IMG/VR virus record: IMGVR_UViG_2671180676_000004
Coordinates: 2,122 to 66,121 of that record
From: a virus
Taxonomy: Duplodnaviria; Heunggongvirae; Uroviricota; Caudoviricetes
Strand: one strand, 5' to 3'
DNA length: 64,000 bases
A program made the position numbers and the translations under genes. This document shows, in pieces, positions 20,898 to 29,586 of this stretch. The notes under the pieces are model-generated. The model saw nothing but the letters and a program-made list of their open reading frames with translations. It had not been told where the DNA came from and did no database searches. Each line of letters opens with the position of its first letter. Position 1 is the stretch's first letter.

Positions 20898-21123
20898 TGT
20901 GTAAACTGATTTTAAATCCCATTTCTACAAACGCTTTTAACATTAAAAATATATCAGCGTCGTTCACGTCTGCTTTTTTTCGCTCCTGGTCGCTCAATAA
21001 GTCAATTTTGCGCGTCGTTTCATCTATAAGCTCGACTGCGCGCCCAGCGTAACCAGCGATCCCAGCGATGCGATTAACATAATATTCATTATGGACGTTA
21101 ACGCCAGCGATAAGAACAAACAT
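20893..21123 (-). CDS. hypothetical protein (low-GC cassette)
   Basis: 76 aa; AAGGAG upstream on minus strand; bidirectional terminator-like hairpin 20864-20897 downstream. Confidence 0.35.
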   Translation of the reverse strand: MFVLIAGVNVHNEYYVNRIAGIAGYAGRAVELIDETTRKIDLLSDQERKKADVNDADIFLMLKAFVEMGFKISLHK

Positions 21124-21142
21124 GATTAAGCTCCTTAAAAAA

Positions 21143-21346
21143 TTAAATAGAATTTTGAAGTTTTCCGATTAATGCGCTTAAACGTAAGTATTCACGTTTA
21201 CGCTTGCAATCTCGCTTGCTGTTAAGCAAATCAGAAAACGTAAAATTTAATTGGTCGCGTTGCGCGATCAAATCATCGATTAATTCCAGTTTATAAGCGC
21301 GATACTTTGCGCGATATTCCGCGCGGATCTTGTCATAGCTGACCAT
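21143..21346 (-). CDS. hypothetical basic coiled-coil protein (low-GC cassette)
   Basis: Start taken at ATG 21346 (AAGGAG 8 bp upstream) rather than ORF-track start 21391, which would overlap hairpin 21364-21382. Confidence 0.35.
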   Translation of the reverse strand: MVSYDKIRAEYRAKYRAYKLELIDDLIAQRDQLNFTFSDLLNSKRDCKRKREYLRLSALIGKLQNSI

Positions 21347-21363
21347 TTTTAAAGCTCCTTTAA

Positions 21364-21382
21364 AGCGCCCACTATGGGCGCT
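21364..21382. terminator. hairpin with same stem as 20869-20887
   Basis: GCGCCCA-cta-TGGGCGC, downstream of minus-strand gene 21395-22045. Confidence 0.4.
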
Positions 21383-21394
21383 TGATTCCATTAA

Positions 21395-22045
21395 TTACGC
21401 TTTGAAAGCATCAGCTAAATAATTGTAGAAATCATTTTTAATGAAGCGATATTGCTGAGTACCAGCTTTCGCACTCCCAGCTCCTTTGACTTTTTCAACA
21501 AGTCCAAGACGTTCGCAAAGATTGATCAACTGGTTGGCTTGAGTATAGCCAGCGTCCAATTTAATTTCACACGCTTTTTTAGCTTCATTCATTAAATCGA
21601 AAACAGCGCCATTGGTGAACGTGTCGATCTCGTCGTTAATCATATCGATTAAAGCGAATACACGAGATCCAGACATATCAGCGATGGAATAAACGCATTT
21701 ACCAGATTTAATTGATTTAACCAGATAAACCAGTTTTTCCAGAGAATAACTATTAGTCATTGCATCACGAAAAAATACTTCTGGCGCTTGTTTGCTTGCT
21801 TTAATCGCATAGTAGAAAACAGAGCATAATTTTTCGTCTTCTACTGCGTTTACGACGTTGTTGATGAAGTAAGCAAGTTTAGTGGTCGCAGCTTGCATAT
21901 TTGCTTTGTCTGCTTTAGTGTGCGTACCATTTTTATAATGTTCGTTATATGTTTGAGTTGCCAGATCTGCTTTTTCGCGCAGTTCATCGGATACAATGGA
22001 AGCAGCTTCAATGATGGATTTTTTAGAAATGATAATGTTAGCCAT
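21395..22045 (-). CDS. hypothetical protein with C-terminal winged-helix-like segment (possible DNA-binding / replication-initiator-like)
   Basis: 216 aa; AAGGA upstream; C-terminal LINLCERLGLVEKVKG resembles a winged-helix recognition element; low-GC segment. Confidence 0.35.
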   Translation of the reverse strand: MANIIISKKSIIEAASIVSDELREKADLATQTYNEHYKNGTHTKADKANMQAATTKLAYFINNVVNAVEDEKLCSVFYYAIKASKQAPEVFFRDAMTNSYSLEKLVYLVKSIKSGKCVYSIADMSGSRVFALIDMINDEIDTFTNGAVFDLMNEAKKACEIKLDAGYTQANQLINLCERLGLVEKVKGAGSAKAGTQQYRFIKNDFYNYLADAFKA

Positions 22046-22328
22046 GATAATTTTTCCTTATGTAAATTTAAAATTTATTGTCGTTAGCGTCTTCGCTTTC
22101 GACGAGTTCAATTATCGATACGCGAAAAAAGATTGCAAGTGTTTTTTTAAAATTTTTTGCAGGGATGAAAGTCCTAGAAATAAAAGCGAGATCGTCGAAG
22201 GTGTTCCCTAAATAAATAATCGATTCCGGCTTTCGACCTTATATATATTTAGATTATTTGATTTATAGATATAAAGAAGTGATGTGAAAAATAATAACCG
22301 GACTTAGCCGGTTATTAACCTTATAGAT

Positions 22329-22637
22329 TTATTGAACAGACTCTACAGCCTTACGATTGGTGTCAAATAGCGCATCAACGAACTGTGCCGATGACTCGCT
22401 AGATTCGCAATCCAACATTGCCCGTTCTTCATTTGCCACTTTCTTACACAGTTCCACATTCTCACCTATCGCTTTTCCTGCTTTTACGGCTGCCGAAAAT
22501 TGATACATGCAAACTGATACATTCTGAGACGTTGAGCACACGTCATTCATCAGCGACTGAATGACAGGCTTATAGTCCATTGCATTTGCCGCAACTGAGC
22601 AAAGTAAAAATAATGGTGGTAACAATATCGATTTCAT
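22329..22637 (-). CDS. secreted Cys-containing small protein
   Basis: 102 aa; N-terminal signal peptide (MKSILLPPLFLLCSVAANA); hairpin 22296-22320 downstream. Confidence 0.45.
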   Translation of the reverse strand: MKSILLPPLFLLCSVAANAMDYKPVIQSLMNDVCSTSQNVSVCMYQFSAAVKAGKAIGENVELCKKVANEERAMLDCESSESSAQFVDALFDTNRKAVESVQ

Positions 22638-22640
22638 AAC

Positions 22641-23165
22641 TCAAAAAGGCAAAATTCGTTCAACCCAATCGAACAAAACAACTATTTTTCTACCGTTCTC
22701 GACACGTAGTGTAACCTGACAAGCATCTGCGCCTGCTGACACCCCCTCAATTTCACGGCCATCCGCCATGTACACCCTTATAGATTTGTTTGCTTTGTAG
22801 GCTTGGTTGCAAATTGCAAAAAAATCGCGGCGTGATGGCCGATTATCGACATAATCAGGGTGAACTGTTAGTCGACCTTTGAAATCGTGAGCGATACTGT
22901 CAACCACACCTGATTCAATTGTACTAATGCGTTCAAGTGGGAGCCTTATACGATTTTCTTTGTCAAAAGGGGCTGGGCAAAGGTCAACTTTGTTACGAGA
23001 TGGCATGAGGCCATAAACGTACATGCAAAACGCCTGGCCATCTTCGAGAGTGACCCTTACAGGAATTTGTTCTCTGCGCCAGAACATCAGTAGTTTTTCA
23101 ACGTTAGTGTAATCTCGCGGCCAGAGTTCAGCTTGGATACCGTAGGTAATATCTTTGGTTGTCAT
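22641..23165 (-). CDS. hypothetical protein
   Basis: Start taken at ATG 23165 (MTTKDITYG), 4 bp after lipoprotein gene stop; ORF-track start 23243 would overlap the upstream gene. Confidence 0.4.
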   Translation of the reverse strand: MTTKDITYGIQAELWPRDYTNVEKLLMFWRREQIPVRVTLEDGQAFCMYVYGLMPSRNKVDLCPAPFDKENRIRLPLERISTIESGVVDSIAHDFKGRLTVHPDYVDNRPSRRDFFAICNQAYKANKSIRVYMADGREIEGVSAGADACQVTLRVENGRKIVVLFDWVERILPF

Positions 23166-23169
23166 GTCA

Positions 23170-23592
23170 TCACAGAGTTGTTGGCAGAATGTCGATGTCA
23201 CCAGAATTGCTGGTGAACACCCTGAACGCTTTTGTGTCTCCATTCTTCAGAGTCGTTTCTCGCTCTTGACGAGCGGGGTTTAGAGCACATAAACCTGCAC
23301 CTTCAAGAGATGCACCCACAATTAATTCTCCGGCATTTAAATGGAAAGTCGCTTTTTCGCCTGTAGCCAGTTTTGCGACAGTTTCGCCGTTGATGAAAAT
23401 GGAAGCATCACATCCAGCTCCTACAAAACCTGTGTCTCTCATTACCACCAACGTAGCTGGCGCTGCGCTTTGATACTTGAACACTTTGGCCTGCGGTGCT
23501 GGTTTGGCGTCATGGATTGATATTGGGCGTGATTGGCACGCGGTAAGCATCAACACTGGTAACGTTAGTAGAGGGAGAAGCGAGTATTTCAT
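23170..23592 (-). CDS. lipoprotein
   Basis: Start at ATG 23592: MKYSLLPLLTLPVLMLTAC with lipobox LTAC; 140 aa. Confidence 0.5.
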   Translation of the reverse strand: MKYSLLPLLTLPVLMLTACQSRPISIHDAKPAPQAKVFKYQSAAPATLVVMRDTGFVGAGCDASIFINGETVAKLATGEKATFHLNAGELIVGASLEGAGLCALNPARQERETTLKNGDTKAFRVFTSNSGDIDILPTTL

Positions 23593-23660
23593 GATAGTTT
23601 TAGAACAGAAAGTGAACAGTATGGGAGACTTCATCTTTGTCTCCCTAATTGATAGCGTGA

Positions 23661-23939
23661 TTATTTTAATCTGCTTAATAGCGTTTCGAGATCTTCCTTT
23701 GTCATATTAGAGTTCTCATAGATACGCATGATTTTCTCACGAGTCTTAGCGGAAGCCCCGACAGAAGATATAACCTTGTCAAAGTCGGCCATTGTCAATT
23801 GTTCCAGAATGGTATTTATGACTTCAGCCTTAGACATTTTGATATTTTTTTCTTTTAGTTTCACTTGAAACTTTCCAAGTTTGTCATTGGCCTTATCAGA
23901 CAATGCTACCTGACAATAAGTTGTTTTCTTTTCGCTCAT
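23661..23939 (-). CDS. hypothetical small protein
   Basis: 92 aa, Lys-rich, directly downstream of helicase gene on the same strand. Confidence 0.4.
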   Translation of the reverse strand: MSEKKTTYCQVALSDKANDKLGKFQVKLKEKNIKMSKAEVINTILEQLTMADFDKVISSVGASAKTREKIMRIYENSNMTKEDLETLLSRLK

Positions 23940-23941
23940 AA

Positions 23942-25501
23942 CTAATCTCGTTTCAGAACTCCAAAATCGAATGCTCCATCAATAGGCAATACACCTTCTG
24001 CAAAGCCAGGTGTGGTGTCGATGATGTGTTTTCGCTCATAAGAGTGAGACAACAGGTATTTGTTGCTAATGTCAATGAAATCAGTGATAAAACACACGTT
24101 TGCCTGATTTTTTTTGGCTCGTAAGCCACGACCGACACGCTGCCTCATTTCAACTTCTGCTTTCCCACCACCAGCAAGAATGACCGCACCAACGCTTGGC
24201 ACATCAACACCGACATCCAGAATAGTCGAGCCTATTAAAACATCTATTTCTCCAGACGCTAAACTGTTCAGCTTTGCTTGCCTTGTCGCCTGGTTAGATT
24301 CCCCATAGATGAAGTCAACTCTAAGGCCGGACTCTTTCATCATTTCCATCAGGATTTGCCCGTGGCGTTTAAGACGAACCAGAGTCATACAATTGAGAGA
24401 ATGTTGCTTATAGAGCAATGCTTCGCGAACAATGGCCTCGTTACGTCCCAAATTATACACGATCCCCAACTGATAAGCCTTTTGGTAGGCGGTGCTCATA
24501 CCAACTCTAAAATTGAGGTGTTTGTTGGCAAGTTCGGCCTTGATTCTGGCCTCGTCTGGCTTGTAGGCAACTTTATGATAAAGGAAGTACGGCTTTGCCA
24601 GAATGCCTCGATCAATCAGGTACTTTTCTGTGACTTTAATTTCAATTCGCCCGGCCACCGCCATCAGGCGCATGTTGGCTTCCGTCGAATCCTTCATGAA
24701 CGGCGTGGCTGTAAGCGCCAGACGATAGTCTGCGTTCACACATAATCTGGCGATGTCATAGAAATTTGAGCCTGAAGACTCATGCGCCTCTTCCAGAATA
24801 AGAAGAGAGACACTTGAAAGGAAGCGTTTCACCAACTCCCGACGTTTGAGGTGGTAGCTTTTCTTATCTGGTGTTGCATCGCGTGGTGGTTCTTCGAGGA
24901 AACTTGCAAGAGTTTGAACTGTAGCGACGTTGATATGTCGTGATACCTGGAACTCACCCGAGCCAATGACTCCAACCTTTTGGTCTTTTAACCACGGTTC
25001 GCCATTTTCGGCGCGGTAGTCGATGGATCTCTGGAAGTTTTCGGCCATTTGAAACATCAGAACAGAGCGGGTTGTTAAAAATAATGTCATTCGACCGATA
25101 CGTGCAGCTGCTTTGCAGGCAACGTTAGATTTCCCGCCACCAGTAGCGATCTGCGCAATCATCATTCCCTCTCGAACCAGTGTTTCCACAGTCTGATCCT
25201 GATACGCATAATCAGGATTGTATGGGAATGGGTTAACCGCAGGATTTGGTTTACCAAGCGCCGGGGCTTTGTCTTTGCGGATATGAACACATTTGATGCC
25301 CGCCTTGTTCAAGTTCGCCGCTACAGGCTTGGCAAAGCCAGCAGGGAACGAGTTTTTACTCCAGTTGAACATCGTGCTTGTGCCCTTCCAGTCGCCAGTC
25401 TCGACTTCGTAGCTCAACATCTGTTGCACCATTTGCTTTACCTTGTCATCTGCGCCAGAAATAAGCGCATTAACTGCGTTAGATACAATCCGAACAGTCA
25501 T
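23942..25501 (-). CDS. superfamily-2 DEAD/DEAH-type helicase
   Basis: 519 aa; motif I ATGGGKS, motif II LILEEAH, motif III LTATP, motif VI VGRGLR. Confidence 0.75.
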   Translation of the reverse strand: MTVRIVSNAVNALISGADDKVKQMVQQMLSYEVETGDWKGTSTMFNWSKNSFPAGFAKPVAANLNKAGIKCVHIRKDKAPALGKPNPAVNPFPYNPDYAYQDQTVETLVREGMMIAQIATGGGKSNVACKAAARIGRMTLFLTTRSVLMFQMAENFQRSIDYRAENGEPWLKDQKVGVIGSGEFQVSRHINVATVQTLASFLEEPPRDATPDKKSYHLKRRELVKRFLSSVSLLILEEAHESSGSNFYDIARLCVNADYRLALTATPFMKDSTEANMRLMAVAGRIEIKVTEKYLIDRGILAKPYFLYHKVAYKPDEARIKAELANKHLNFRVGMSTAYQKAYQLGIVYNLGRNEAIVREALLYKQHSLNCMTLVRLKRHGQILMEMMKESGLRVDFIYGESNQATRQAKLNSLASGEIDVLIGSTILDVGVDVPSVGAVILAGGGKAEVEMRQRVGRGLRAKKNQANVCFITDFIDISNKYLLSHSYERKHIIDTTPGFAEGVLPIDGAFDFGVLKRD

Positions 25502-25583
25502 AAACCTCTTTCCTTAGTGCCTTTTGTATGTTATTTGGCTATTATAATAAGTAAGTGATTACTTAGTGGATTGTAGCAATAAA

Positions 25584-26264
25584 ATGGATGTAAAAATCAC
25601 GATTTTGCAGGTTGATGTTGCCAACCTTCGCCCGAATACCTGGAACACCAATTCGGTTGGTGCGCAGAATTTTGAAAAACTGAAAGGTTCTATCGAAAAA
25701 TTGGGCTTTTTTAAGCCAATTTTGGCTCGTGAACTTGAAGATGGATTTTTTGAAATCCTCGGCGGCGAACATCGCTGGCGTGCTGCTATTGAGCAAGGAA
25801 TTTCAACGGTTCCGGTGCTTTCTGTGGGCAAAATTAGCGATGTCGTAGCTAAACAGATGTCACTGGTGGACAACGAGCGATACGGTGAAGACGACCAAAT
25901 CGCATTGCAACGCTTCATTGAAGAAATTCAGTCAGAACTTGACTATCAACTGTCTGAAATCGCCCCGTATGACGACGAAATCTCGATGGTTTTAGCAAAA
26001 GAGGCGGCAATCGACCTTGAAGCACTGGAGGCGTTGTCTCGTGGTAGTGATGAGCCTGTCGATACCGACAAACGAGAGAAAACCGAACGTGTGGGTGCGG
26101 AACATCAGACCATGCGCTTCAAAGTAACTTTCGATGCGTCAGATCGTGTTGCAGAAACCATAAAAAACATCATCAAAGAGCAGGCTATTAACACCGGTAA
26201 TGAAATGGAGAACGCTGGTGAGGCTCTGGTGTGGCTGGTCGACTACTACAAGGAGCGTATGTAA
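25584..26264 (+). CDS. ParB-like nuclease-domain protein 1
   Basis: ATG 25584; ILGGEHRWRAA matches the ParB/Srx arginine-rich box; no obvious HTH domain. Confidence 0.6.
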   Translation: MDVKITILQVDVANLRPNTWNTNSVGAQNFEKLKGSIEKLGFFKPILARELEDGFFEILGGEHRWRAAIEQGISTVPVLSVGKISDVVAKQMSLVDNERYGEDDQIALQRFIEEIQSELDYQLSEIAPYDDEISMVLAKEAAIDLEALEALSRGSDEPVDTDKREKTERVGAEHQTMRFKVTFDASDRVAETIKNIIKEQAINTGNEMENAGEALVWLVDYYKERM

Positions 26265-26932
26265 TGACCAAAAAGTTTGAAATCGTATATCGCGACCCGG
26301 CAGATCTTATTCCCTATGAGATGAATGCCAAAAAGCATGATGAACAGCAGATCCGAGATCTGGCCGCAGCCATTAAAAAGCGCGGATTTGACCAGCCAAT
26401 TACGGTCGATAAGAACGACGTAATTATTACTGGCCACGGCCGCCGTGAGGCTGCAATTTTTGCTGGACTTGAGCGCGTACCGGTTATTGTTCGCGATGAT
26501 CTCAGTGATGACGAGGTTCGTGCGAAGCGCCTTGAAGATAACCGACTTGCCAGCATTGATTACGATGCAATTAAGCTACAGAAAGAGCTTGAGTCGCTTG
26601 TTCTGGACGATATCGAGGTTTTCGGCTTTGAAGAGCGTGAGTTGAATGTTCTCGTTGGCAGTATGACAGAAGAAATGGACACCGACTCGCTAGTTATCGA
26701 TCTTGGCGAAGAAACTAAACGACAGAAGGATGAACACACCGAGATCAGTCGTGAAGTTGCAGCGGAAGAAGTACGTGTTGTCGACGTATTGGGCTTTAAA
26801 ACGCTCCCTGCTGGCTCTGCCATTGTTGTTGGTGATTTGCTTGCCCATATGGAAGAAATGACGGGAGAAAGCGGGGTAGACGCATTTGTGGCATATGCGG
26901 AGAAGATCTCTTCCGGGGAGATGGCTGCATGA
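26264..26932 (+). CDS. ParB-like nuclease-domain protein 2
   Basis: ATG overlaps previous stop (TAATG); ITGHGRREAA ParB-type box; acidic C-terminal half. Confidence 0.6.
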   Translation: MTKKFEIVYRDPADLIPYEMNAKKHDEQQIRDLAAAIKKRGFDQPITVDKNDVIITGHGRREAAIFAGLERVPVIVRDDLSDDEVRAKRLEDNRLASIDYDAIKLQKELESLVLDDIEVFGFEERELNVLVGSMTEEMDTDSLVIDLGEETKRQKDEHTEISREVAAEEVRVVDVLGFKTLPAGSAIVVGDLLAHMEEMTGESGVDAFVAYAEKISSGEMAA

Positions 26933-27594
26933 GCAAATACATCATCAACATATCGTTTCAGACACGCGTAAATAAAACCACGCGCACGTTGGAAATCGCT
27001 GAGTCGTTCGGGCTTGGCCTGGACGAAAAAGAGTGGACGCTTTACGACAATCTGGAGCTGGAAGTGAAGCAGGGCGATGTGGTGTACATCACCGGCCAAT
27101 CCGGTTCCGGCAAATCCGTTGTGCTGCGCGAGTTGCAACGACAGATGAAGGATGAAGGGCTGTCTGTAGCCTCCATCGATGATTTTACCTTCGATAATGA
27201 GGTTAACGTCATCGATCAGTTGGGCAAAACGACCAGTGATGCGCTTGGGTTGTTATCTATGGCTGGTCTGAACGATGCATATCTGTTTGTTCGCAAGCCT
27301 TCTGAAATGTCAGACGGCCAGAAATATCGTCTCAAGATTGCCAAACTGATTGAGTCAGGCGCTAAAGTGTGGGCTGCTGACGAGTTCGGCGCTGTTCTCG
27401 ACCGTGTAACCGCTCAGGTTGTGGCGTCTAACCTCCAGCGTGCCGCGCGAAAGGTTGGTGCGACGGTAATGGTGGCGACGACTCACGAAGACCTGAAGAA
27501 CGCGCTGCGCCCGGATATGCAGATCACCAAGCACTACAAAGAACGCGTGAAGGTGGAATATCACAATGGTAGTCATGATGAGGTCCATTCATGA
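26929..27594 (+). CDS. ABC-type ATPase (nucleotide-binding domain only)
   Basis: 221 aa; Walker A GQSGSGKS, signature-like SDGQKYR, Walker B VWAADEFG, H-loop TTHE; start overlaps previous stop (ATGA). Confidence 0.65.
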   Translation: MSKYIINISFQTRVNKTTRTLEIAESFGLGLDEKEWTLYDNLELEVKQGDVVYITGQSGSGKSVVLRELQRQMKDEGLSVASIDDFTFDNEVNVIDQLGKTTSDALGLLSMAGLNDAYLFVRKPSEMSDGQKYRLKIAKLIESGAKVWAADEFGAVLDRVTAQVVASNLQRAARKVGATVMVATTHEDLKNALRPDMQITKHYKERVKVEYHNGSHDEVHS

Positions 27595-28481
27595 CGGACA
27601 TCATCATTAAACGCTACCGCCCTGAAGAGTTTCCGCGTCATCTGGACTTTCTGGAGCGAATGACTGTTACAAAGGGAACTGTAGAGGACTGGCACGCTCT
27701 TAAGTCGCTTCACTACAAAACAGACGGCAAACCTTTCGCGCCAACTTACTATCGCTGCGAACTTGATGACCGTCTGGTGGGCGTCGTGGTTATGGCTTAC
27801 CCGAAACTACTGTTGGCACCTCGCCACCGCATGTTTCCTAAGTTGAAACCAACCACTAATACCACCGTGGCTAACCAGTACTGGGGTCGGTACGTGAATA
27901 ACAACTTTGCGGTGATCAGTCGCTCAGTTGTGGATACTCAGTATCGTGGCGTAGGCGTCTCTTATCGAATGATTAACCTGGTTAGCAGGATGCATGACCG
28001 GCCAATCATTGAGATCCAGTCCTCGATGAGCAAATACAATCCCTTCGCCATGAAAGCAGGGTTTAAGTTCATCCGCCCTGAGCGACCGAAGAGCTATGAA
28101 AGTGCACTGCGTGTATTCCAGCGCCATTTTCGTTCCGACCCGGGTGATAACGAGGCGATCGTCAAAGAGTTGTTCGCAATGAGCGAGTCTCGTCGTCGCC
28201 GTGCACTGCGTGATCTGGTGGCGGACTACCATAAGAACAGTTCCCTGGCAAAAGCTGGGCGGAATCGTGGCACGACGATTCAGGACATTGCCGACAGTCT
28301 GGTGGACGAGGCCAGCATTGTGAAGTTGCTCAAGGACATTCACAACCTGAGCTTTACGTCTCCGTTGTATGGGGTGTATCGAAACCCTGACTTTGGTCGT
28401 CGACTGCCTGACACGCTGCCACTGCTGGCATTCGACAAACAACCTTTGGATAAACCGTTAGAAATTGCTTTACCGGCATAA
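27591..28481 (+). CDS. GNAT-like acetyltransferase-domain protein with C-terminal extension
   Basis: 296 aa; start overlaps previous stop; QYRGVGVSYRMIN resembles the GNAT acetyl-CoA-binding Q/RxxGxG/A motif. Confidence 0.4.
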   Translation: MTDIIIKRYRPEEFPRHLDFLERMTVTKGTVEDWHALKSLHYKTDGKPFAPTYYRCELDDRLVGVVVMAYPKLLLAPRHRMFPKLKPTTNTTVANQYWGRYVNNNFAVISRSVVDTQYRGVGVSYRMINLVSRMHDRPIIEIQSSMSKYNPFAMKAGFKFIRPERPKSYESALRVFQRHFRSDPGDNEAIVKELFAMSESRRRRALRDLVADYHKNSSLAKAGRNRGTTIQDIADSLVDEASIVKLLKDIHNLSFTSPLYGVYRNPDFGRRLPDTLPLLAFDKQPLDKPLEIALPA

Positions 28482-28490
28482 GGATTTGCC

Positions 28491-28757
28491 ATGACGTTAA
28501 CCGATAAACAAAAGGACATCATCAAAACGCTCAATCTCGGTTATGAGCGAGGTCATCTACTTGATCTGGACGAATTGCTTGAAGTTTTGCCGTACAAGAC
28601 AACCAAGCAAAGTATCCAGTTCTCAATTCGCGCTCTGATAAAAAAGGGGCTTGTGGAGAAAGGGCATACGCGCCAACGCAGTGACAATCGCTATCACCGC
28701 CGAACTCTTGGGTTAACCACTTTAGGTCGAGCCAAAGCGAAGTTACTGGTGATGTAA
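28491..28757 (+). CDS. small putative DNA-binding protein
   Basis: 88 aa, basic C-terminus; followed by about 100-bp inverted repeat 28760-28858. Confidence 0.3.
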   Translation: MTLTDKQKDIIKTLNLGYERGHLLDLDELLEVLPYKTTKQSIQFSIRALIKKGLVEKGHTRQRSDNRYHRRTLGLTTLGRAKAKLLVM

Positions 28758-28759
28758 TC

Positions 28760-28858
28760 GGTCTGGGAGCTTATTTAAAGACCTGCTTCTGTATATATAA
28801 ATAATAAGTAACTTATTAAATATATACGGAAGCAGGCTTAATAAGACATGCCCAGACC
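28760..28858. repeat. about 100-bp imperfect palindrome (long hairpin element, copy 1)
   Basis: outer arms GGTCTGGG / CCCAGACC, inner arms CCTGCTTCTGTATATAT / ATATATACGGAAGCAGG, centre ATAAGTAACTTAT. Confidence 0.6.
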
Positions 28859-28874
28859 TAATTAAACAACCCAG

Positions 28875-28889
28875 AAAACAAGTTGGTTA
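28875..28889. promoter_or_regulatory. palindromic operator-like site (variant)
   Basis: AAAACAA-G-TTGGTTA, first of a tandem pair upstream of terminase genes. Confidence 0.4.
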
Positions 28890-28899
28890 GAAAATGCAG

Positions 28900-28914
28900 T
28901 AAACAAGTTGTTTT
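28900..28914. promoter_or_regulatory. palindromic operator-like site
   Basis: TAAACAA-G-TTGTTTT upstream of ATG 28954. Confidence 0.45.
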
Positions 28915-28953
28915 AGAGCGCATGGACGCGCTCTGTGTGTTTTAGAGGGATCT

Positions 28954-29586
28954 ATGACGGTCGAAAAAGACGAGGTAAAAACTCGCCTGACACCAGCGGA
29001 GTGGGCCGAAGCTGAAGCCAAATGGACGTCAGGCGAATATACACTCTCAAAGCTGGAGGAAGAGTACGGCATTCGTCGTGAAACACTCTCCAGACATTTC
29101 AAAAAGCGAGGATTAGAGAAAGGCGCGGACTCTGTTGGGAAGATGGTTCGTGAGTCTCTTAAATCTGACGCAGAGCTTCGCGCTAAAGCCCGTGCGGAAA
29201 AGATAGAAGAACGTCGTACACGTTATGACGGCTGGGCGTATGCGTTGGGGCAGATGGTGATGGTCGAAGTCACTACGGCCAAACGTGAGGGTAAGCCTTT
29301 AGGGGCGATTGAGGATTCTCTCAAGAGCTTACAGAGAGCCAGTAATACCCTTGCAAAATGCTTTGAAGTTTCGTCCAAAGCATTGGGCATGGATCATGCG
29401 GAAAATGACGAGGAAGAAATTCCGAACCTGGTATTTGGTGAGCTTACGCCTTCCCAGGTGGCGAAATTACGTCAGGAAGACGACGAGCCTGAAATCATCG
29501 ATGACGAATTGCTTGAGACGTTGGAAGAAGAAGCTCTAAGCGAATTTGATGCGACAGATGATGGAAGTGAAGGGGAGGACGAATAA
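28954..29586 (+). CDS. terminase small subunit (putative)
   Basis: 210 aa directly upstream of and overlapping terminase large subunit; acidic C-terminus; two palindromes (28875-28889, 28900-28914) upstream. Confidence 0.5.
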   Translation: MTVEKDEVKTRLTPAEWAEAEAKWTSGEYTLSKLEEEYGIRRETLSRHFKKRGLEKGADSVGKMVRESLKSDAELRAKARAEKIEERRTRYDGWAYALGQMVMVEVTTAKREGKPLGAIEDSLKSLQRASNTLAKCFEVSSKALGMDHAENDEEEIPNLVFGELTPSQVAKLRQEDDEPEIIDDELLETLEEEALSEFDATDDGSEGEDE

